A DNA stretch of 64,000 bases from Trichinella spiralis (lineage: Eukaryota), in contig NW_003526941.1 in NCBI RefSeq assembly GCF_000181795.1, positions 4,093,637 to 4,157,636 of the forward strand, given 5' to 3'. A program made the translations under genes and the position numbers. The notes under the pieces were generated by a model. That model was not told the DNA's origin. It ran no database searches and worked only from the letters and a program-made list of their open reading frames with translations. Positions 54,545-64,000 of this stretch are shown one piece after another (positions within the stretch are counted from its first letter, which is position 1; the number at the start of each line of letters is the position of its first letter).

Positions 54545-56076
54545 TCATATGATCATGTTCAACCTGTGTGGATGTGTAAATTTTACAGTAAGTACATAGA
54601 ATATCGACGGAGCCGGAATAAATAGAAGCATCACGTTGTACACCCAGTATGATGAAAATCTACTAATAGATAATATACCGTACAAATACAAATAAATCAA
54701 TACACCAAGAACAGCTAAATTTTGCTTTTTTCGCCACATATCATGCAATATGCAGAACGGTGTTTGCGTTTCATACAAAGCCAAATGCATTGCGTTGAGA
54801 CAAATCGCCGCAAACAATATTATATAAGGAAAAGCATAATCTGAGAAAAGAAACCCTAATCATATTAATATTAAAAAAAAACAAAACATGCATATACTTA
54901 CAAATTAATCCGCACAACACAGAGTGCAGAATAATCAAAATCGGATAAAAATACAATGCGGCGTAAATAGCACCGCTAGCGCCTTCTTTCTTCAATTTGA
55001 AAACAAAAACCACAATAGGATGAATAATCGAAAGTGAAAGCAACGAAAACAGATAATACACAAATGGTAAAAAATACCTCAAATAATAAATAACATGTAA
55101 ATTAAATAAGAAAAATACAACTTTTTCCTTACAGTGGATAAACTGCTTCTTGAGTGCAATGAACCGTTCTGGTGTAATCAATCACCGGATTATAAAATAC
55201 AGGATACCAATCTTGAAGATTCTGCACCCCACAAGTGTAAAAATTTAAGCTTCCTTTTGGTTCGACAATTAATAAACTCAAAATAGCCGGAAAAACACAT
55301 TCAACAAATGCGGCTGCGATTTGCGGTAGCACCACGTTTCGAAATTCTCTGATAAATAGAAAAGCAAAAAAATAAAATAAAATAAAATGAAACATTATCA
55401 AATTAAAGTCAATTAAAATTAAAATTGAGAAAAAATGTTAATGGTTTAAAAGAAAACATTTTAGACAAACATTTGTCACTCAGATTTATAACATTATCGA
55501 TGATATTGTACAAGATGAAAAATTCAATCTACAATAACAATAATCGACTGATAATAGCGAATAGTTTCTTATAGTCAGGTGCAAAGTTTTCCTTTATATG
55601 CTAATAAAATCAATTTTTCAAGTTCACAAATCATAAAGCACGCACAAATCTGAATATACAAATAAAAGAAATTTGAACTGATTAAAAATTGAAAATTGAT
55701 CAACTGCTTTATTTTGAAAAATATATAAACAAAACAATTAAAAAGATGTACAAGTTGGTTTTACCTGGTTTGCGCTGATGTAAATTTGATAGACGCGCAG
55801 TGGAGTAGAAATGGCAAAAAACCCATAAAACCCAAATAAAGCCAATCATAAACATCTGGATAACCATTACATGGCACACAGATGCCTCTTTCGTTCACAC
55901 GAGTACCCCAATCGCATGCCAATAAATATATACAATTAGCCTTTAGCACTAAGTGAAAAATATGAAAAAAAAAGAATACTTACTCCGCATTCTGTATAGT
56001 TTCCATCTGCAATGACTTGACGACCGCAGTACAAACCGGGACATGGTTCGGGATTGTCAAATAAAAAATTATCCAT
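54545..56076 (-). CDS. JKAMP: JNK1/MAPK8-associated membrane protein
   Basis: CPGLYCGR..ECGACDWGTR; YDWLYLGFM; DWYPVFYNP..HCTQEAVYPL; IYAALYFYP; FYVLTVKFTHP. Confidence 0.9.
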
Positions 56077-56237
56077 CACTGTAAAGTGTATTATTATACT
56101 TGACAAAAATATACCAAATATTAAAATAATGATAATCATCGAAGAATTTTATCGAGTAAAATGCTAAAATTCTTAAATAAGCAATGTTATTGGTTTTTCG
56201 TTTTAATCTTGCTGTCGCCAACAGAACAAAACATATA

Positions 56238-57035
56238 TCACTCTGTCTTTAATTTTATTGCCGGTCGATTTTTCATCCAAAATGAAAAAGCAATATTCTC
56301 TTTGTAAGTGGGATGCTGGATTTCGGTTACTTTAACTGCTATTAAATAAATCCACAAAAACAATGAAATAGCAGTGAAGAAAGCGCACAGAAACATGTAA
56401 AGCAACGGAATTGAGCTGAATGGCCATCGGAACAAAAAGTGAAAAAGCAAATTAACGCACGGCTGCAGAATAATTGACGAGCGAACAATATTCATTTCTG
56501 TATTTTGCAGCTCCACTGAAATTTTACTGCAAAAATGAGCATTGGAAAAGTGAAACTTTTCCAACAAATTAATACTGAATGTTTGCTCTTCGTTGCAACA
56601 GCCAAAAACGTAAAGTGGTAATTTAACAAACATTCTAATCAACCGCCATGGCCACGGGCGATAAATCAGTATTGTGCTTCTCGGAAAGCTGTAAGTGAGC
56701 AAATTTTCACCACTGTAACATCGAACAATAAGCATAATCATGCCAGAAGTGGGCCTGACAGAGTCAGGAAATACGGTCAATTCGAACAAGACATCGTAAT
56801 AAAAATCAACCTCAAATAACGACTGGCCGTTTCTGTTCTGCAGCGATACATTTGCAACAGGATAAGAGCATACACCATACTTCTCACAAGTTTCAAAAAT
56901 GAAATTTAATGGCAGTTCCACATTGTGCAAATCGGAAACAAAAAAGTGTCGAATCAAAACCGTTAAAATAAAGCTCGAAAGAAATACAATGAAAACATTA
57001 ATTACAAGCAATATAACAAATCTTGTAAAATTCAT
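56238..57035 (-). CDS. BSCL2: Seipin (BSCL2 family), intronless
   Basis: Two terminal TM helices flank a luminal domain with PLNFIFETC..CSYPVANVSL and YDVLFELTVFPDS..GMIM. Confidence 0.85.
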   Translation of the reverse strand: MNFTRFVILLVINVFIVFLSSFILTVLIRHFFVSDLHNVELPLNFIFETCEKYGVCSYPVANVSLQNRNGQSLFEVDFYYDVLFELTVFPDSVRPTSGMIMLIVRCYSGENLLTYSFPRSTILIYRPWPWRLIRMFVKLPLYVFGCCNEEQTFSINLLEKFHFSNAHFCSKISVELQNTEMNIVRSSIILQPCVNLLFHFLFRWPFSSIPLLYMFLCAFFTAISLFLWIYLIAVKVTEIQHPTYKENIAFSFWMKNRPAIKLKTE

Positions 57036-57576
57036 TCGGACATTTTTATTTTTTTATGGATTAATTAATTGCAAATATTAATCCATACAAATTTATTTTA
57101 TGAAAATGGACAGTTACAGTATTTAAAGAAAATCAGGTATTAAGACAAATATGCAACGTCTATCTTTTCTTTTTAAAAACATACATTCCGCATGTTTGTT
57201 TCTAAAATAAATTTAAAATAACAATATGATGTTTCAGTAGCTTCTCTTTTCATATTTTACCATGCTTGTGCATCAATATCATCTTAGCACGAATATTGCA
57301 GTCCAACGAAATTCAGTACTTTAATTTTAATGAAACACTTAATTTGATTCTCTAGTACAGTAGCTTTCGGCCAAATTTTATGAAAACTCTCACAGTCAAT
57401 TCATTTATGCTTGTTACTTCAATAACATTTTTTTACTATTTAAGCAAACTTTTTGAAGAAGGTAAATTTGCCACAAACAACAAACTTTACTTGAATAAAT
57501 TTATTTGCACATACGGGATGCAATGTTTCACCCAATTCCAAAAAATCCCATTTAAATTCTAAAGCTAAATAATAAA

Positions 57577-60500
57577 TTAATGTTCAAGTTTAGACAAGCC
57601 AACTCGTTTAGCTTCTATTTCATAAATAAGCAACCGCCACAGTTTGGCCACAAAAACTCCAGCCTCTTCATCCAATACCTATAAATTGGACAATTATTAG
57701 AAAAATATTTTAAAATGTGAAATATCTCGAAAAACAAATCAACATACCATTGAAATATCATCTAACAAACCCTGTGGTGTTGATCTTTCAAGAACCTTTT
57801 CAGATATAAAATCTACCAAACTGGCTTCTTCTTCCCCAATGTACTCAATTATTTTCTTACTGATCCACGGTTTTATTCGACGATCGATCAAAAGCTACAA
57901 AAATAAATACAGACATTCATGCATACGTGGAAATTAAGATTAAAAAATGATCCATACCTGATCGACGTATTCCCAATGAATTTCATACTTGAAAAGTTCT
58001 TCTTTAGAACTGGGGATCTTGTCAATGAGACTTTTCACATATTTCTTACGCTCTTCAGTAGACATCTGAGTATGCATGTTCGGCATTTCCAGAGCACGCT
58101 TCTCTTCCTCAGTGTACTCCAATGGTACCAATTTTCGAGAAGACGTTTTAACAACTGAAAATTCTTCATCCGGTTCATTAAACATCTGCTGCAATGGTAT
58201 AGGCGCTGCAGTATTCGTCGATGTAGAAACAGAGCCTAGCTTCAAGCCAGCAAAACCAATGGGCTGACTGTTTTCTGCTTGTGCGGGTAAAAAAACAGTT
58301 GGAATCAGAACCGTCTCTTTTTTCACCTCTGCAAAAAAACCTCTTTATAGAATAACAGCACAACACACGCACAATCATACATACTTGGGACAGCGGAATC
58401 CACTTCATCTGCATTATTATCATTATTATCAGCAGCTTTATCCGTTTCAGATTCTGAAACGGTACGCTGCTGCTCTTCCAATTTCACAGGATTCACAGGT
58501 AATTCTTCCACCATTATTTTTGTCTGCATACACAACAATAATTAATGATTCCTCCAAATTCTTTGCGTTTTGAAATATTTCACCTCATTAGAATCTTTAC
58601 TTGAATTTTCCTCAATAAGCTTACGACGAATTAAAGCAATTTCTTCTGCTTCGCGAAGTCTGTCAAGTGCATCCCATTCCATCTCGTCTGTAATTGCATC
58701 TTTTCTTAGCAGTAATGATTTGCCCCTGAAAAAAATAAAAATTCAATACGAAACAAAAGATAATTATCATTAAAAAAACATACTGATAAAATTCCAAATC
58801 ACCCTCTTCATCAATGTAGTCTTCAAGGAACTCTTGCATAATTTTAATATCTGCTAACTAGAAAAGAAACAAAACAATGTCAAATAAATTTTATTACATA
58901 ATCATAAAGAAACTACTTGTTCTTTTTTTCGCCTTTTTTCCTTTTCCGCTTGTTTGAGCCGTTCTTTCGCTTTTCTTTTTTCTCTGGCTTCTAATTTTTC
59001 TAATCTTTCCAAATAATTCTTTTCCTTTTCCCTGGCTTTGCGTTCCAATTTTTCTCTTTCCCGTGCATCTTCACTGGTTTCCAACAACCTGCATATTCAT
59101 ACACATATATTTAAAAAATTACATAAATTAATAAAGCCTTTCTAAACAGAATATAACGTTGAAAACCTGTCAGCAGAGGGAGATCGTCTTCGACGGCTTC
59201 CAGTTTCAGGAGTGCTACCCCGCCTACGCCCTCTGGCTTCACCAACTTTTGCATCGGCACTATCGGTAGCACAGTTTCGTTCGAATTTTGTAGACGCTCG
59301 TCTGTCAGCTTCCAAAGGAGTAGATGGTCTTTCAGTAAAACGCTCGTTCTTTTCATTCACATCAACAGAAGCTGATTTTCCCTTCAAACGTGCTTCTTTA
59401 TCATCCTGCAAAGAAAAAACCAACTAAATACTAGGAATGTACTTCAAATTAAAAAATTAAAAAGGAAACCGAAAGCAATATTATGCCTTTTTTTCATAAA
59501 TAACAGTTGGCACTTACGCACTGAAATCTATATTACAAGCTAAAAAAATCATTAGTTTCGCATTTGCTTACGTAATCTGTACAGTTCAGCACTCGTCGAA
59601 TTCCATTCTGCAAGATTAATCACTTATGGCAAACACTGACTTTTTTTTCATTGCTAATAATCAATCAGCAAATAATATACAGTCAAATCTGACGCTGTAT
59701 TAATAACACAAATTTCCCAAAATGCACGCCTCATAAAGCGCAAAAACATACATACTTACATAAAACAAGTTCGCGAATCAAAAGCCAAATTATGAAAAAT
59801 CATACCTGCAAGCAGGAGGTAGGTGTCTTCGGATCTTTCCAAGATTAGAAAATAAAATCAACTGCTCAGCGTAAATTTTGAATTCGATGCCCTACCTTAT
59901 TTTACGCATACGAAAAAGGAAAAGTTAAATGAAAATCCATACCTCGCGTAAAAATTCGGCGAAGAAAAAGCTCGTCGCTATTACTGGCAGGCTATGATGT
60001 GCACAATGCAAAATGTAACAAAATGAATATCTAAGATACAACATCTACAACATCATCTACATCAAGAATTCTAGCAGAACAATCTACAGTGCCCCAAATT
60101 TGTCAAAATGATTTTCTATTTTCTGAAAAGGAGAGGCTGTTTAATAAAAAGTTTTTTATAAACTTTGAAAAATGTAAAATATACCTATAATCAATCAATC
60201 AACCAATGCGCATATTTTTTTAATGAGAGCAACAAGCAGTGAACACCACATTAGTAGAAACAACATAAATACAAGCTTAACTGCTTAATTTTCCATCCAG
60301 TTGTTATACCAACTTATAAAAACATAAATGTTATACACGTTATACACAAAGACATATACTAGTGTTGTCGCTAAATATTGCACCCAAAAACAAAAAGATA
60401 CCTCAAGAATAAATAATACAAAAATGCAACTGAAATTCAACTGTCACGTTTACTGCCTCACTAATAAAATACAGTGGAAAATACTTACAGCAATAATAAA

Positions 60501-62372
60501 TGGAAATTGCCGGACTGAAGTCGCTTCCAACGAAGGATTTCATTACCGACTAAACACATCTAATCTTTCTGCACTGCTAGCACAATAATAACATCACATT
60601 AAAAAGCACAGCAAATATTTACTTAATCTGCGCAACGTTGATCTGGCATTGTAAGTTTTCAATGAAAATGGAGATGAATTAAGAAATGTGAAGCAAACTC
60701 GGAAATTTTTTCACAAAAAACTCCAAATTGATGCTGAAATTCAGCGACGCACAAAGCCTATTAAACATGTTCTTTTTGGGCAAATTATCTCATTGGCAAA
60801 CTTACCAATTAGTCGAGAGACTAAAGATGCGCGAGAGAAAAACACAGCACTTCGGTTTCAGTGGTGCGATGAATCAATCAATCGTTAAAGGCATCTGCAT
60901 CAGAGTTCAAGGATTACCGATGCCAAATAGCTTAGTCAAATATTAAACATTCTAATGTGAAAGTGGAAATAAAATATCCCATTAATTATAAAATGTTGAA
61001 CATGAAAAAAATAATAAATAAATGCAAACTTTAACTTCTTTCAGCACTGACTTTAAACATTTTACAAGCACAAATTTAACAAAACCAATTACATAAAACA
61101 AAAAATGGCTTACTTTATGGGCTTCACGAAACTGAATAATTTCTTTTGCAATATATTCTTTACGATCACGATCCAAACTTTCGATATCCAAATTCTACAA
61201 ATTTATTAAGCAGTCAAAATACAACAATCAATATCGAGTTTAAAATGAAAAAATGCATTCTCATCAACATAATAAAGTTCTGAAAATGCTTATACAGTCA
61301 CTCTGCGTTCCTCAGAAAAGCACTCTTTTTTTCAATAAAATAAACAATAGTCATAAATATTTTTCTTCATCAAATAATATACCTATTTGATATCTTTTAA
61401 TATGCTAATAAATATAAACAACCAACTTACTCCTCCTTTGCCAGTAAGAGTAGGAGATTTCGGAACGTGAGATTCTAAAAAATAGCAGTTTTCAACAAAA
61501 AACAGAAATATTACTAAAACTACATACTTGATGTTCCTTCGAAAAGCTCAGGTGCCATTTCTTTGACCAAATTTTTTAATGCCTTTCGAAACATTTCATC
61601 TTCTTTTCGAATTTCATCATCTGCTGGTAACTGATCTCCTTCCATCTTCAACGGTGGCTTATTGTACAAGCTTCTTCGTTTGTTAATGAAGTCAATTAGC
61701 ATAGATTTATTTTTTTCGTCACATTTAAGCTGAAACAAAAATCAAATTACTAAAATATAAAATCAAAAACAGTATAAATAAAAAACCTAAATTATACAAG
61801 TCATATAATATACATTACTTACCACCAACTTTTTATCTCCTAAAGGCCAATCGTGCAGTAGTCGCAGCGCTCTCAATGTTGAATCTGGATGATCATACTC
61901 GCAGAACCCAAATGCTTGAAACTTTCCATTCGGTCCCTGAATTCTTTTCCAGCTAATTATATTACCGCATTTCACTAGCATTGCTTTGATCATTTCGTTG
62001 GTGGCCTGCTCGTTGATATTTCCCACAAAAACAGTTGTCACGGGAGGCTTTTCCATCAGTATCTCTTGCTAAAATCGTTAATAGTAAATACAAAATTCAA
62101 AAAATGATAGGCTTATGCTCGGTACTCGTTTTGTCAGTGGAGCTGGTGAAGGTGTTTTCTGAACAACATTTCGAACGACACCACTGTTGGCAAGCGTTGG
62201 CATTAAATAATGAGCAGTTGTTGGCAGAACTGAAGTAAATGCAAAAACAATAAAACTGAAAATACCGACGACATCATTAACTTAAAAACGTACCAACTGG
62301 AACAGCATTATAAGTTGGAACAAATGTAGCCTGAGCAATAGAAGGCATCCCAAAACGAGGTGGAAACGCCAT
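57577..62372 (-). CDS. RBM25: RNA-binding protein 25 (RRM, RE-rich region, PWI)
   Basis: MAFPPRFG; RRM TTVFVGNI..SWKRIQG..FQAFGFCEY; RE/RK-rich middle; PWI region LIDKIPSSKEELF..IKPWISKKIIEYIGEEE..VLDEEAGVFVAKLWRLLIYE. Confidence 0.95.
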
Positions 62373-64000
62373 TTCCTCATACAATTTCAGATATTACATC
62401 TGGTTTACTGTACTTATTAGACTGTAAATACAACTTGCATTCCAAACAAAATTTTGTTAAATGAAAAATAGGTCGTAGCTGTTTAACTTCAATATTTTAT
62501 TAGCAAAGTATTAATATTTAAATTTAAAATATATATTAGACATTATATTATTTTATATAATAATTTTATAAATTAAATTTGCTGCTAAACAAAATTGTTG
62601 TGCACACTCTATAAATTTTTGCTCGTTTCGATTAAAAAATTTTTCAGTGTTTATTTCTTTTGAATTTAATTTTTGTTAGAACATCTCTAGAGCGTTGTAC
62701 CAAGTAAATGTTCAGATATTGCTCTACCGTAATCTCTCAATTTGGATATTCAAAAGCATTTACGTAGCAATAAAAAGAAAGTTCAACTGAATTTCCGTTG
62801 AATAGTTAAATTACGCAATATGCTTTAAAATATTTCCATCAATATTAATTTTGTGCTAGTTTTCATACAATGCATCCTGCTACAGTATGATTTTTACCTA
62901 CATTACAAAATATGGTTTTTCGTGTAGCTTAATTTTTTGGTATTATTAAACTTAAATTATGATCTGCGTAAATAGCTGTTTCATATTTCATTTCAACGTA
63001 CGTTTTAATGATTACACATCAGTTCAAAGTCATTAGAAACAAACAATTTATATGTAATGTGACACACAGTATGACAATTTGATATCCAATTTAAAATGTT
63101 GACAATTCTGAAACGCTGCGACACGGAAATATCTTAAATTGTTTCAAATTGAAGATTATTTTGTTAAATATTTTTTCTGACACTCTTGTATATCACATTT
63201 AAAATAATTTATAACTTTAAGAATTTCATATATTACCATAAACTGTGAAATTCTTTTAAATTTACCAAGTGAATGACCTTAAAAAAATTTTTTTACATTA
63301 ATCTAAAAATTATATTTTGAAACAGACATTGGTTAAAGCTGATGATCAGTAATAATGTCAACAGTGTTTACGCACCTTTTAAGTAATGTTGACAATAAAC
63401 AATAAGCGAAGTGAACACTTGTTTTAACGCTCCGATTCCATTTGATGAACTAAAAATTTCATTCATTGTTGAATTAGTTATGCAGCCAAAACAATATTAC
63501 GCTTTTTTATTAATAAATCGAAAGTTACACCGTTTTATCTGTTTAATCAGTGTTAAAATTAAATTTTTGATTAATCAAGCATTAAGCAAGATACCTTTCT
63601 CTACTGTAGTTTATGTTAATTTTGAAACTTATATTGAAAAGCTTTTCACATTTAAAGCATTCTCTCACTTCAGAAAGAATCGTTAATATGTTACGGTACT
63701 ACAGAAAAACGCTAAGCAAAGAATTACGTAAGAAACTGATAACAGAGCAGTGATCATTAAATAGGTGTAACAAGAGAGCTTTGGTTTTCATTAATTGTAG
63801 CTCGGCATGTCGCAAATAAATATGTTTCATTTTCTTTCTAATACGGAATACTGCTAAGAATAAAATGAAATTTACTCAGAACTATTAAAAAATAAATTCG
63901 TTTAAATTTACATTTTAAATAAAATATATGAACAATATCAAAATGCCGTCAACTTTACAAAAATCAACATACCGTAAGTAAAACAAACAAAAATTGTTGA

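Noticed and set aside
56077..56139. Upstream ATG giving JKAMP a signal peptide
   Set aside because: The stretch is T-rich intergenic sequence with an acceptor just before ATG 56076, so the downstream start is preferred, though not proven.

Overview
AT-rich eukaryotic DNA with short GT-AG introns. It is from a nematode, most likely clade I (Trichinella-like); this is inferred from gene content, intron size and composition. There are three assembly gaps (14619-15147, 15565-15908, 28680-28689). Left half: a secreted four-domain cystatin-like gene made by a recent internal duplication (3.0-5.8 kb), then an ~18 kb inverted-repeat region (~7.4-25.4 kb). Its centre holds AGGTAAGT minisatellites and a dense cluster of octamer and GCCN3GGC motifs. 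Next is a ~5.64 kb tandem duplication across a 10-N gap, possibly an assembly artefact, that carries a short tropomodulin, followed by a divergent long tropomodulin paralogue. The right half is gene-dense: an intronless 7TM receptor, two small orphan secreted proteins, DESI2/PPPDE, egl-10 (RGS7 family), an unassigned type II membrane protein, 7B2 (sbt-1), and a likely operon RBM25-seipin-JKAMP. All gene models were spliced by eye and no database search was run. I cannot demonstrate a new biological system; the palindrome and its centre are the strongest candidate.
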